From: a virus
Lineage: Duplodnaviria; Caudoviricetes
IMG/VR virus record: IMGVR_UViG_3300037471_001473
Span: 1-64,000 of that record
Length of the DNA: 64,000 nt
Strand: one strand, 5' to 3'
The notes beneath the pieces were generated by a model, which saw only the letters and a list, made by a program, of their open reading frames with translations, searched no databases and was not told the origin of the DNA. Of this stretch, positions 17,330 to 26,261 are shown piece after piece. Numbering within the stretch: the stretch's first letter is position 1; every line of letters starts with the position of its first letter. Made by a program: the position numbers and the translations under genes.

Positions 17330-18106
17330 ATGACTGACACCACACGAGAGGCGCTGCGGCTGGCGCTGCGTGACTGCCTGGCAGTCATGACGGCAAATGG
17401 GTTGGGAGGGGTCTATGCGGCGCAACTTGCTCGCGCCGCCCTCGCCACCCCCGAGCAGGCGCCAGCAGTGCAGGCAGGGGCGTTGGAGTTGGCGGGTTGG
17501 CAGATGAAGCAGCGCCCCACGGTGCTGTATCCGCCCGACTGGAAGCCGACCGACATCAACAACTTTCGACCGGTGTACGCCCTCGCCACCACCCCAGCAG
17601 TGCAGGCAGAGCAGACAGCCGGCGTGGTCGCGTGGTGCGCCTTGACCCCCTCGGGGCAGATCGCCTACTTCGACGGCAAGCCTATGGTGATGCCGGGGCC
17701 GGTGGGCAACGAACACCACCCGGTGCCGCTCTACGCCACCTCCAGGGGGCAGGCAGAGGATGCGCCCGAGGCGTACCACCCGACCTGCGACGTGACCCTG
17801 CGGCGCGCCGGCAGCGGCTGGCCCGACTTCATGGCGCCGCAACGGGTGTTCACACCGGGCGACACGCTGTACGCCACTCCCCCAGCGCAGGCTGCGGCGC
17901 TCACCGGCGAGGAGGCCCCATCGCAGCCGGCACCCGCCGAGCCGACGCACATCTTCGAGCCGCGCGACCTGAGCTACGACATCTGGGTCGATCAGCATCG
18001 CGGCCGGCAGCCGAGGCACGAGGGCCGCGTCATCTCCATCGTCTGCGCCAAGTGCGGCCGCTACGAGGACCACCCCACCCACCAAGGAAACCACCATGGC
18101 ACGTAA
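17330..18106 (+). CDS. Modular hypothetical protein (258 aa) with repeated modules ending (L/V)YA..TP
   Basis: AAAGGAG RBS; direct repeat CCAGCAGTGCAGGCAG at 17462 and 17594. Confidence 0.7.
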   Translation: MTDTTREALRLALRDCLAVMTANGLGGVYAAQLARAALATPEQAPAVQAGALELAGWQMKQRPTVLYPPDWKPTDINNFRPVYALATTPAVQAEQTAGVVAWCALTPSGQIAYFDGKPMVMPGPVGNEHHPVPLYATSRGQAEDAPEAYHPTCDVTLRRAGSGWPDFMAPQRVFTPGDTLYATPPAQAAALTGEEAPSQPAPAEPTHIFEPRDLSYDIWVDQHRGRQPRHEGRVISIVCAKCGRYEDHPTHQGNHHGT

Positions 18107-18350
18107 ACGCCAACACGACCCCGAAGACGATCTCACCGAGATCGACTACCTCAACGTGCAGACGCGCATCAGCGCCTACGGCGGCAACCCCGGCGGCGGC
18201 TGCATCGACGTGGCCGACATCATGCTGGAGAACGGCTACGTGATCTGTCACGGGCCGACGCTGCAGCAGATCCTGGAGAACTACGTGGCCCTGCAGAAGG
18301 AAGTCATCTCGATGCGCCAGGCGCGCGTGAAGGAGCTCCAACGTGGCTGA
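18096..18350 (+). CDS. Hypothetical early protein (84 aa)
   Basis: ACCAAGGAAACCACC leader. Confidence 0.75.
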   Translation: MARKRQHDPEDDLTEIDYLNVQTRISAYGGNPGGGCIDVADIMLENGYVICHGPTLQQILENYVALQKEVISMRQARVKELQRG

Positions 18351-18699
18351 GATCCACCACCTGTACGAGCGCCTGACGCATCGCTACCGCGCCGGCTGGG
18401 CCAACCTCGACGAGCACCGCTACCTGGGCGACGTCAAGGTCCTCCAACCCAAGATCGACCGCAGCACCGACAACGGCTACGACGAAGGCCCCACCTTGTA
18501 CTACCGGGTGGTGCTGCCGGCCGGCTGCGAGGTCGACCGTCGGGCCCTCAGAGCGGTGCGCGAGTTCCTGGACGAGCGCCACACGCGGCGCTGCAGCCAC
18601 GACTACGATTGCTGCGGCTGCGCGTTCGCTTCGGTGCGCGTGAAGAAGGCCGGCCGGCGCGAGATGACGGCGCGCGTGCGCATCGGGAGGAACTACTGA
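18343..18699 (+). CDS. Hypothetical protein with CSHDYDCCGC motif (118 aa)
   Basis: AAGGAG RBS, Cys/His cluster. Confidence 0.75.
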   Translation: MAEIHHLYERLTHRYRAGWANLDEHRYLGDVKVLQPKIDRSTDNGYDEGPTLYYRVVLPAGCEVDRRALRAVREFLDERHTRRCSHDYDCCGCAFASVRVKKAGRREMTARVRIGRNY

Positions 18700-19106
18700 T
18701 GATGCCCGATCCCCAACAGCGCCTGGAGGCGCTGAAGACCATCGCCGTGCACGCCGGCTACGAGATCTTCGACGTGGAGGACGACGGCGTGGACTGGGTG
18801 CTGCGCGTGATCGAGCCGGGCTGCTCGACCCCGAGACCCTGGAACCCGATGCGCTACGACGGCGACGCCTGGGACCTGCAGGTGCGCACGATGTCCCAGA
18901 CCGATGTGCACCGCAGCTTCCGCATCGGCGAGACCCGCGTGGTCGCCCGGTGCGGCGGCGGCGTGCTCACGCCGTCCCACGCCCACGCCGTGCGAGACGA
19001 CGGCGACCCGCGCATGCGCTCGGCCGCGCTCAGGCTTGTACTGTGCAAGGCCGTGCTGACCGAGGCCCGCCGCGTCAACGCGGCAAAACGAAAGGAGAAA
19101 TCATGA
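18699..19106 (+). CDS. Hypothetical early protein (135 aa)
   Basis: TGATG coupling. Confidence 0.65.
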   Translation: MMPDPQQRLEALKTIAVHAGYEIFDVEDDGVDWVLRVIEPGCSTPRPWNPMRYDGDAWDLQVRTMSQTDVHRSFRIGETRVVARCGGGVLTPSHAHAVRDDGDPRMRSAALRLVLCKAVLTEARRVNAAKRKEKS

Positions 19107-19354
19107 GTTATGACGTCGTGGCAGCCGTCCCGGCGCACCGCTTCGGTGAGGCGATGATCACCCTGCAGCGCGTGCTGTACGAGCTCGAACCGAGCAAGTT
19201 CACGGTCTACGACGACCGCGGCGGCACCAACACCTGGAAGATCCACATCCCGTCCGATGCTCGCAGCGGCGTGGATGCCCAGCCCATCGACGTGCGTCGC
19301 CTGAAGAAGGTGTGCGGTGAGTCGGCGGTGGTCACGCGGGAGAACTGGCTGTGA
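19103..19354 (+). CDS. Hypothetical early protein (83 aa)
   Basis: AAAGGAG RBS. Confidence 0.7.
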   Translation: MSYDVVAAVPAHRFGEAMITLQRVLYELEPSKFTVYDDRGGTNTWKIHIPSDARSGVDAQPIDVRRLKKVCGESAVVTRENWL

Positions 19355-19644
19355 TCAAGAAGATCCCCGACGGCGTCGACCTGAACAAGATCAGGCGTGC
19401 CGGCTACTTCAGCGTCCACGTGTACCGGCTCTCGGCGCTGCGCAGCGGGCAATTCCACGTCCACGTGGACAAGTGGTGGATGGTTGACTCGGACGGCAAC
19501 CCGCTGTTCTACGACGAGATCTACTACCCGATGTGCAACGTCAGCGAGTTCACGTGCAAGCACCTGACCAAGCAGTTGGAGAAGCATCTGCCGCTGGTCA
19601 GCGTGAAGCAGCTGCCGCTCATCCTCACACCCATCCGTCTCTGA
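19351..19644 (+). CDS. Hypothetical early protein (97 aa)
   Basis: GTGA overlap. Confidence 0.65.
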   Translation: MIKKIPDGVDLNKIRRAGYFSVHVYRLSALRSGQFHVHVDKWWMVDSDGNPLFYDEIYYPMCNVSEFTCKHLTKQLEKHLPLVSVKQLPLILTPIRL

Positions 19645-19656
19645 AAGGAGAGATCA

Positions 19657-19896
19657 ATGCCAAAACCGGCGAAAGAGAAGACCCGCGCCGTCGTCCGCAC
19701 CCAGGATGGCAACACGATGACCCTGGAAGGCGAGGGCCACATGGCCCTGCCAGGCGCGCTGGAGACGGCGCTGTGGGTCTACACGAAGGCCGAGCGCGAG
19801 GCGATACTCGCCCGCCTGCAGAAGGTCCACACCAAGGTCTGCGAGGCGGAAGCCAAGTGGGCCGAGCGTGATGCCGCACAAGGAGTCCAGTCGTGA
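19657..19896 (+). CDS. Hypothetical early protein (79 aa)
   Basis: AAAGGAG RBS. Confidence 0.7.
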   Translation: MPKPAKEKTRAVVRTQDGNTMTLEGEGHMALPGALETALWVYTKAEREAILARLQKVHTKVCEAEAKWAERDAAQGVQS

Positions 19897-20102
19897 GCGC
19901 CCCACCCACCAACGTCGCCGACGCGGCCCAAATCGCCGCGATGTGCGAGAGCAAGAACCTGCGCCTGATGCAGCTGCTGCGAGACGGCAAATCCGTGCTG
20001 GCCTACGAACTGTCGATCAGCCTGAAGCAGGAACTGCAGAACCTGCGCCAGGGCCTGGACAACCAGGTCATGGCCATCGTCATGCGAGGAGACCAGAAGT
20101 GA
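19893..20102 (+). CDS. Hypothetical early protein (69 aa)
   Basis: AAGGAG RBS, GTGA overlap. Confidence 0.65.
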   Translation: MSAPPTNVADAAQIAAMCESKNLRLMQLLRDGKSVLAYELSISLKQELQNLRQGLDNQVMAIVMRGDQK

Positions 20103-20326
20103 GCACCCTGAAGCAATCCATCGAGACCATCCGCGCCCTGATCGACGAAGGGTTGACCGACGACGAGATCGTCGACGTGCTCGAAGCGCAGTCGCTGGCC
20201 GACGCCGACGACGAGGCCGACATGCTCTACGGCCCGCCCAACACGGACGAGGACTACGGGCGCCGGCCGTGCGAGACCGACGAACACTACGAACGCAACG
20301 ACGCCGGCGAGTACCGCTGGATGTGA
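20099..20326 (+). CDS. Very acidic small protein (75 aa)
   Basis: GTGA overlap; D/E-rich. Confidence 0.65.
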   Translation: MSTLKQSIETIRALIDEGLTDDEIVDVLEAQSLADADDEADMLYGPPNTDEDYGRRPCETDEHYERNDAGEYRWM

Positions 20327-20333
20327 GGTCAAC

Positions 20334-20810
20334 ATGAGCTACGACTATCTTCTCGTTCCCGAGCTCGACGGCGATCGGTGGCGGGCCTCCATCAGGATGG
20401 AGGTCGGCCCCTACCGGCTGCAGGAGGTGAGCGGCGACCTGGAAATCCAGTACCCGTCCCACGACAGGGTCAAGCAGTTGAGCCGGAGGCTGGAGAGTGG
20501 CACGCCCTTTCCGGTGACGCTGATGGGGCAGCCGATGTTCATGAGCCTGAACAGCGTGAGCTACGAATGGTCCCCTGGAGAGGGCGCCGTCCGAGCGGAC
20601 CTGGCTTTCTACAACCGGCCTGACGTTATCTTCCGCAACTCGCCCGACAGCGAGGGCAACATGACGCTGGCGCTGGCCATGAGGCACCTGCAGCGCCTGA
20701 TGGGCCACCTGGACTTCACCAGCGGCTGCTGCTCACCCGTGGCATCGGTAGGCGCCTGCATAGACGCCGAGGACCTGAGAGAGATCCGCAAGTTCATCGA
20801 AGGTCAATGA
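20334..20810 (+). CDS. Hypothetical early protein (158 aa)
   Basis: GAGG RBS. Confidence 0.65.
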   Translation: MSYDYLLVPELDGDRWRASIRMEVGPYRLQEVSGDLEIQYPSHDRVKQLSRRLESGTPFPVTLMGQPMFMSLNSVSYEWSPGEGAVRADLAFYNRPDVIFRNSPDSEGNMTLALAMRHLQRLMGHLDFTSGCCSPVASVGACIDAEDLREIRKFIEGQ

Positions 20811-20832
20811 TCCACCCCACCAAGGAACCACC

Positions 20833-21324
20833 ATGCACCTGAAAGCGCCACCGAAGACCGTCTCCCCGGTCTACTTCTGCCCGGTCTGCTACGCGGCGTA
20901 CAGCACCAAGGAAGAAGCCAAGGTCTGCTTGACCCTGACCAAGGAACCTGTGTTGAAGCCGGGCGACGTCATCCCGCTGCAGATGGGATACACCTGGTTC
21001 GACGGCGACCCCGACTGGGTCATCGAGCACGCCGGCTACAAGTTCCACGACAAGCCGACGCACGTCTTCTGGTTCGTGGTCCGAGCCATCGACTACCCGA
21101 GGCCGTCGTCTGCTTACGACCTGTTCAACGGGAAGCACGACGCGCACATGCCGCGCTACAGCGTAGTCAGCAAGGCGATGAATTCCACCAACTGGGGCGG
21201 CTGGACCCGGCCGCACACCCACAAGTGGTTCGACGCCGAGGATCTGCAGAAGTGGACGCCCCCGGACTCCGTCCTCGCCGCCGCGCCTTCGATGATCGGC
21301 AGACCCCTCGACAACCTCCTCTAA
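20833..21324 (+). CDS. Hypothetical protein with N-terminal CPVC...C knuckle (163 aa)
   Basis: Exact ACCAAGGAACCACC leader. Confidence 0.75.
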   Translation: MHLKAPPKTVSPVYFCPVCYAAYSTKEEAKVCLTLTKEPVLKPGDVIPLQMGYTWFDGDPDWVIEHAGYKFHDKPTHVFWFVVRAIDYPRPSSAYDLFNGKHDAHMPRYSVVSKAMNSTNWGGWTRPHTHKWFDAEDLQKWTPPDSVLAAAPSMIGRPLDNLL

Positions 21325-21333
21325 GGAGCCACC

Positions 21334-21639
21334 ATGACCCAACCCCAACAGAGCTACACCCAGTCCTTCGGCAACGGCGGCGCGGCCGCCGTCGGCCCCG
21401 ACGCCACCAACATGCTGCGCGCCGCGATGTGCCGCTCGTCGATCAAGCTGTGGATCAAGACCAAGCTGATCCCGACGCGCGGCGTGGGCATCATGGCGCT
21501 GCTGTCGATCGCCGGCGAGTACACGGGCAAGAAGTACACGCGCAACCAGGCGCAGGCCGCGGTCGATGACCTGGACACCTGGGTCGCCACGATGCGCGCG
21601 GCGCTGCCCCACCTGGGGCCGGACGGAGAACAGCAGTGA
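21334..21639 (+). CDS. Hypothetical early protein (101 aa)
   Basis: TAAGGAG RBS. Confidence 0.75.
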   Translation: MTQPQQSYTQSFGNGGAAAVGPDATNMLRAAMCRSSIKLWIKTKLIPTRGVGIMALLSIAGEYTGKKYTRNQAQAAVDDLDTWVATMRAALPHLGPDGEQQ

Positions 21640-21821
21640 TCACCGCCCTCCTGATCGTGCTGAGCGGTCTCCTGACCGCCTCGGCGGCCACGCTGCAGGC
21701 ACCGGCTGTCGAGGGCGCGCCCTCGGCTCCCACGGCCTGCTACATCCACCAGCACCCCGCACAGTTCAGCGTGTTCGAGGTACATGCCGCGATCAAGCGG
21801 TGCAAGGAGTCCAAGCAATGA
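21636..21821 (+). CDS. Small secreted/membrane protein (61 aa)
   Basis: Hydrophobic N-terminus, two Cys. Confidence 0.55.
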   Translation: MITALLIVLSGLLTASAATLQAPAVEGAPSAPTACYIHQHPAQFSVFEVHAAIKRCKESKQ

Positions 21822-22210
21822 TCAACGTCAAGGATCGCACCCAGCGCATTTACGACAGTCTCGACATTGCCATCGAAGACGTCTACGGGGCCTACGCGCG
21901 ACGCATGAGCCGTCTGTTCGTGCTTGCCCTGGAGGAGTGGCAGGCGACGTTCGCACCGAACTGGCGAGTCAAGTTCGAGGAGGGAATGGGCAGCGCCAGC
22001 GTCACCGTGAGCCGACCCGGCACCAACAAGGTGTGGCGTGTCTACTGGATGGGAAGCAACCCGGACTACGAGAGCGAGCACCGCGCGATCAACACGCCGC
22101 ACATGATCCACGAGCTCAACTTCATCTGCGCGCAGTTCACCGGCGAGGCGCTGTACCAGCGCTTCCCGCCGTTCACCCTCGACCCGATCAAGATCACCCA
22201 CAACGCTTGA
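21818..22210 (+). CDS. Hypothetical early protein (130 aa)
   Basis: AAGGAG RBS, ATGA overlap. Confidence 0.7.
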   Translation: MINVKDRTQRIYDSLDIAIEDVYGAYARRMSRLFVLALEEWQATFAPNWRVKFEEGMGSASVTVSRPGTNKVWRVYWMGSNPDYESEHRAINTPHMIHELNFICAQFTGEALYQRFPPFTLDPIKITHNA

Positions 22211-22307
22211 GGTCTTTGCAGGACCTCGCTAGACTGCCACTCCTTCAACAAAGGAACACCGGCACGGCGCTGGCCGGATCTCACGGCGCCAATCACCAAG
22301 GACCATC

Positions 22308-22721
22308 ATGTCGCTCGACTTCTCCTACAAGGACTGCAAGAACACCGGCCGCTTCAACGATCCCGCCGACCCCGAAGCCTGGAACCCCGTCGCCGCCAAC
22401 ATGCCGTGGATGATGCTGGGCATCGGCATGAACGCGATCACGCCGAAGAACGTGGACGACGTCAAGCAGCGGGTGCGCGCCTACCAGGTGGTCAACGGCC
22501 CCTTCCTGCGCACCGGCAAGGGTCCGGTGTACCTGCTGGACTCGGACATCGACGAGTTCGTCGGCATGCGCACCAACATCACCCAGATGACGCGGGCGGC
22601 CTTCACCAAGACGCTGGGCGAGATGGCGCTCGATCAGGCCCGGCACGCCAACTGGACCATCGAGGGCCGCCCCGACTTCCAGGCCAAGAGCGCGCTGGAC
22701 ACGCTCTGGGAGGGCAAGTGA
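22308..22721 (+). CDS. Hypothetical early protein (137 aa)
   Basis: ACCAAGGA leader. Confidence 0.75.
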   Translation: MSLDFSYKDCKNTGRFNDPADPEAWNPVAANMPWMMLGIGMNAITPKNVDDVKQRVRAYQVVNGPFLRTGKGPVYLLDSDIDEFVGMRTNITQMTRAAFTKTLGEMALDQARHANWTIEGRPDFQAKSALDTLWEGK

Positions 22722-22948
22722 TGCAGTTCACCGGCAACAACCTCTACTGGTTGCGCTGCATGTTGGAGCGCGCGGCCAACAACGTGTCCGACGAGATCGG
22801 CTCGCACCCGGCCCCGCTCGACTACCCCGACGACATCGACGACCTGGAGGCCGAGCACGCCAAGATCGTCGAGAAGATCCTCAAGATCGACCGCGAGCTC
22901 AACCTCGTCGGCGCCACCATCCCCGCCCCTCCCGGAGCCAAACGATGA
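22721..22948 (+). CDS. Hypothetical early protein (75 aa)
   Basis: TGATG coupling. Confidence 0.65.
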   Translation: MQFTGNNLYWLRCMLERAANNVSDEIGSHPAPLDYPDDIDDLEAEHAKIVEKILKIDRELNLVGATIPAPPGAKR

Positions 22949-23538
22949 CCCACTACGAAACCCTCGGCGTCCCCAAGGACGCCGACGCCGCGCAGATCAA
23001 GGCGGCGTTCCGCAAGCTGGCCAGCTTGCACCACCCCGACCGCGGAGATGGCGACCACGAAGCCATGGCCCGCGTCAACGAGGCCTACGCCGTGCTGTCG
23101 GACCCCGAGCGGCGCAAGCGCTACGACGAAGGCGGCGGCACCGGCACCGACACCCGCGAGTCGCGGGCGCTTAACCACCTTCAGCAGCTGTTCGCCGAGG
23201 CGATCGAGCAGGACGAGAACCCCATCCTCGCCCACGTGAACTCGCAGATCACCAAGGCCCGCTTCAACATCATGAGCCAACGCTCGGCGGCCGAGGTCAA
23301 GATCAACCGGCTGAAGAAGAACCTGGGTACGGTCACGCGCAAGAGCCAGGGCGAGAACTACCCGATGGTCATGATCCAAGGTCGCATCGACAAGATCGAG
23401 TCGGTGATCAAGATCATGGAGCGCGACCTCGACGACTTGACCCGCGTCGACGAGATGCTCAAGGACTTCGAGGGCACGAGCCAGGTCCTGCAGCCCGGCA
23501 GCTTCACCATCCCCACCCACTTCTGGACTGCCACATGA
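22945..23538 (+). CDS. J-domain (DnaJ-like) protein with coiled-coil C-terminus (197 aa)
   Basis: HYETLGV...IKAAFRKLASLHHPDR...VNEAYAVLSDPERRKRYD with an intact HPD motif. Confidence 0.92.
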   Translation: MTHYETLGVPKDADAAQIKAAFRKLASLHHPDRGDGDHEAMARVNEAYAVLSDPERRKRYDEGGGTGTDTRESRALNHLQQLFAEAIEQDENPILAHVNSQITKARFNIMSQRSAAEVKINRLKKNLGTVTRKSQGENYPMVMIQGRIDKIESVIKIMERDLDDLTRVDEMLKDFEGTSQVLQPGSFTIPTHFWTAT

Positions 23539-23798
23539 AGACCGTCGTTCAACTGAGCCAAGAGCTCCTGCCGCGCTTCCAGCACGACACGAGCGTGGCG
23601 CGCCACTTCCCGGCCCACTCGGGCCGCTGGGTGCGCATCCACGACGTCGAGAACCTGCTCAAGGGTGAGCTCGAAGACCAGGTGCTGCCGCTGCTGGCCG
23701 TCTACGCGGCGGCCCATCCCGACGACGCCGATGCGATCAACCGCTTCCGCGAGTACCTCACCACCGCGTCGCACGACGCACGAAGGAAATCGTCATGA
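23535..23798 (+). CDS. Hypothetical early protein (87 aa)
   Basis: ATGA overlap. Confidence 0.65.
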   Translation: MKTVVQLSQELLPRFQHDTSVARHFPAHSGRWVRIHDVENLLKGELEDQVLPLLAVYAAAHPDDADAINRFREYLTTASHDARRKSS

Positions 23799-24121
23799 CC
23801 ATCAAGTTCCCCACCATCGAAGACCGTCTGCAGATGCTGCGCAGCGGACAGGACGGCGGCTTCGTGGCGCTGCTGGCCGACGCCTACAACCGAGCCGATT
23901 CGACCAACGCAGCCAAGCTGCGTGAGGCGTTCCCGCACCTGTTCGTGGCTGGCATCGGCCTGACGGGCGCGGTCGACCGCCTGCTCAGCGAGATCGACGA
24001 AGCCGCGCAACGCATCGACAGCGGCTGCATCCTGCCGCTGAGCGACGACTTCGACCGCCAGAAGCTGCGCCAGGTGGTCATGAACTGGCTGTTCGACTAC
24101 GGCTACCAGGAGGGCGAGTGA
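23795..24121 (+). CDS. Hypothetical early protein (108 aa)
   Basis: GGFVALLADAYNRADSTNAAKLREAFP looks like a conserved phage motif. Confidence 0.75.
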   Translation: MTIKFPTIEDRLQMLRSGQDGGFVALLADAYNRADSTNAAKLREAFPHLFVAGIGLTGAVDRLLSEIDEAAQRIDSGCILPLSDDFDRQKLRQVVMNWLFDYGYQEGE

Positions 24122-24378
24122 TGCACTTCGGACTCAAGCATCCCCATTCCAACATCGTCCGAGGCATCGAGCAGGCCACCGACCTGATCGGCCTGGCGGT
24201 GAGCCAGGAAGCGCTGGGCGTCAGCGACCCAGCCGCCATCCGCGACATCGCGATGGACACCCTGGTCAGGATCGTCGGCAACCTGATCGAGGAGGTGGGC
24301 CAGGGCGACCCCCAGAAGATGGCCGAACTGTGCGGCCTGGACTTCTACGACGTGGTGAGACATCCCCATGACGGTTGA
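24118..24378 (+). CDS. Hypothetical early protein (86 aa)
   Basis: Overlap coupling. Confidence 0.65.
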   Translation: MMHFGLKHPHSNIVRGIEQATDLIGLAVSQEALGVSDPAAIRDIAMDTLVRIVGNLIEEVGQGDPQKMAELCGLDFYDVVRHPHDG

Positions 24379-24679
24379 ACCCCACTACGTGGTTGTGGAG
24401 ATGGCACCGGCTGCCTACCACGACTTGAACCAGCGCATGGTCATCGGCGGCGGACACCCGATGAGCGAGAAGACCAAGCGCTACCGGGTCACCCTGAATC
24501 CGGAAGCCGCTCGCCAGATCGAGGGTTACATCGAGGAGACCCTTTCGACCCGGCTTGCCCCCGACAAGATCTTCCACCCGCTGGCATGGCCCTACAACGA
24601 GGACCCGCCGGTTTCGCAGTGGCCGCTGCGCCTGGCCTACAAGGCGCTACTTGCTCGCTTGAAAGGACAGAGCAAATGA
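24368..24679 (+). CDS. Hypothetical early protein (103 aa)
   Basis: Tiling. Confidence 0.6.
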   Translation: MTVEPHYVVVEMAPAAYHDLNQRMVIGGGHPMSEKTKRYRVTLNPEAARQIEGYIEETLSTRLAPDKIFHPLAWPYNEDPPVSQWPLRLAYKALLARLKGQSK

Positions 24680-24912
24680 GCCAAACCCTGATTGCCCAGA
24701 CCGAGATCGAGGGCTACGAGGTGATCATCGAGGAGGGTTACGAGGGAGAGAACGACCGCACGCACTGCTATGTGTCGCGCGGCCGCTTCTCGGCTTCGCT
24801 GCAGTGCCTCGAAGACACCGGCGTGCTGTCCGACGGGGACCGCGAGAAGCAGGTGCCCGCCTGGATCATCGGCGACATCTCGAACTGGGCGTACAACAAC
24901 GGCCACATGTAG
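24676..24912 (+). CDS. Hypothetical early protein (78 aa)
   Basis: AAAGGA RBS, ATGA overlap. Confidence 0.7.
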   Translation: MSQTLIAQTEIEGYEVIIEEGYEGENDRTHCYVSRGRFSASLQCLEDTGVLSDGDREKQVPAWIIGDISNWAYNNGHM

Positions 24913-24932
24913 GCCACAACCAAGGAACCACC

Positions 24933-25196
24933 ATGAGCCGAGCTCGAAATTCTGAGGAGGTTGTGATGCCCTTCTTCCACTGCCTGGTCGAGGAGACCTA
25001 CGCCACCACCTACATCATCGAGGCCGACAGCGAGGAGCAGGCCGAGTCGCGCGCGAAGGATCTCGCCATCAACCGGTCGCAGTCCTTCGGCACCGAGAAC
25101 TGCTACCGCGAGGTCAGCGCCGTCAAGTTGCAAGACCACCAGATGGACGGCGCGCACGACGCGCCGGGCGTCTACAAGCAGAGCCACTTCAACTAG
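24933..25196 (+). CDS. Hypothetical early protein (87 aa)
   Basis: Exact ACCAAGGAACCACC leader. Confidence 0.7.
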   Translation: MSRARNSEEVVMPFFHCLVEETYATTYIIEADSEEQAESRAKDLAINRSQSFGTENCYREVSAVKLQDHQMDGAHDAPGVYKQSHFN

Positions 25197-25204
25197 GAGA
25201 ACCC

Positions 25205-25447
25205 ATGGCCATTCAACCCATACCTACCCTGCGCCAGCTGTGCAAGAAGATCCAGCACGGCTACGAGGTCGAAGCCCTGACCATGTTCGACCCTCCGCAG
25301 ACCGAGCGCGTGCAGGAACTGGCCGACCGCGTCGACGAGATCATCGAGTTGATCGACAACCAGCACTACCTCAGCGCCCAGCTGGCTGGTGCGCAGGACC
25401 GCATCGCCTCGCTGACCCTGCAACTCAACGGCACGGAGGCCCCGTAA
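25205..25447 (+). CDS. Hypothetical coiled-coil protein (80 aa)
   Basis: TAGGAG RBS. Confidence 0.7.
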   Translation: MAIQPIPTLRQLCKKIQHGYEVEALTMFDPPQTERVQELADRVDEIIELIDNQHYLSAQLAGAQDRIASLTLQLNGTEAP

Positions 25448-26100
25448 TGGCCCGCGTCCACATCACCCTCCCCGACGGCCTCATGGAGCGCGTGCGCGAG
25501 TATTGCAAGAAGGAGGGGCTGGTCACCGGCCCCTTCATCGGCAAGGTGCTCGAAGCGGCGATCTCGGGCCAGGGCGTGCCGTCCAGGACCTGGGTGCTCC
25601 CGAAGGTCACCGAGAGCGTGGCGACGGTGCCCGAGGGCCACCCCGGCTACCAGCCGCTGGCGTTCCCGCCGGCCCCCGACGCCAACACCGTGCTCACCCA
25701 TGGCCTGCGCGTCGTCGATGCCGACCAGGACCTGGGCGCGGCGGACACCACGCCGCGCATCGTGCGTGCCGGCGTCGGGCCGATCGACTACAAGAAGATC
25801 AACCTGAACGCGCTGAAGGACATCGACGCGGCGGGCCACCCGACGCCGCCGGCCGAGAACTTCGACGTCGTCACCCTGGAGCACAACGGCATCTGGTGGT
25901 ACGAGGCCGAGGCCGTGGCCAAGGTGCTCAACCTGGACATGCCGCAGCTGTGGGCGGAGATCGACTACGAGGACGACGTGCTCCACCACGCCGGCGTCGA
26001 CTGGCTCGACATGATGGGCGTGAACGAGGCCTGCACCATGTGTGCAGACCTTGACCTGGCTGACCGCTTCCGCAGCTGGGCCAAGACCAAGGGAAGCTGA
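25447..26100 (+). CDS. RHH-like N-terminus plus Bro-N-like C-terminus (217 aa), possible antirepressor/regulator
   Basis: MARVHITLPDGLMERVREYCKKEG (RHH-like); NGIWWYEAEAVAKVLNL (Bro-N-like). Confidence 0.6.
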   Translation: MARVHITLPDGLMERVREYCKKEGLVTGPFIGKVLEAAISGQGVPSRTWVLPKVTESVATVPEGHPGYQPLAFPPAPDANTVLTHGLRVVDADQDLGAADTTPRIVRAGVGPIDYKKINLNALKDIDAAGHPTPPAENFDVVTLEHNGIWWYEAEAVAKVLNLDMPQLWAEIDYEDDVLHHAGVDWLDMMGVNEACTMCADLDLADRFRSWAKTKGS

Positions 26101-26122
26101 CTCCAACCACGAAGGAACCACC

Positions 26123-26251
26123 ATGCCATTCCGGCACCGAGCCCACCCGCAGGAACCGCGTCGACCGCGGCTGCTGAAGGAACAGCGCAAGCGAGAGGAC
26201 AACGACCGCCTGCGCCGTCTCGAATCCCGGCCGCCGCGGCGGCCCCACTGA
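26123..26251 (+). CDS. Arg-rich 42-aa peptide
   Basis: AAGGAACCACC leader. Confidence 0.55.
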   Translation: MPFRHRAHPQEPRRPRLLKEQRKREDNDRLRRLESRPPRRPH

Positions 26252-26261
26252 GGAGACCTGC

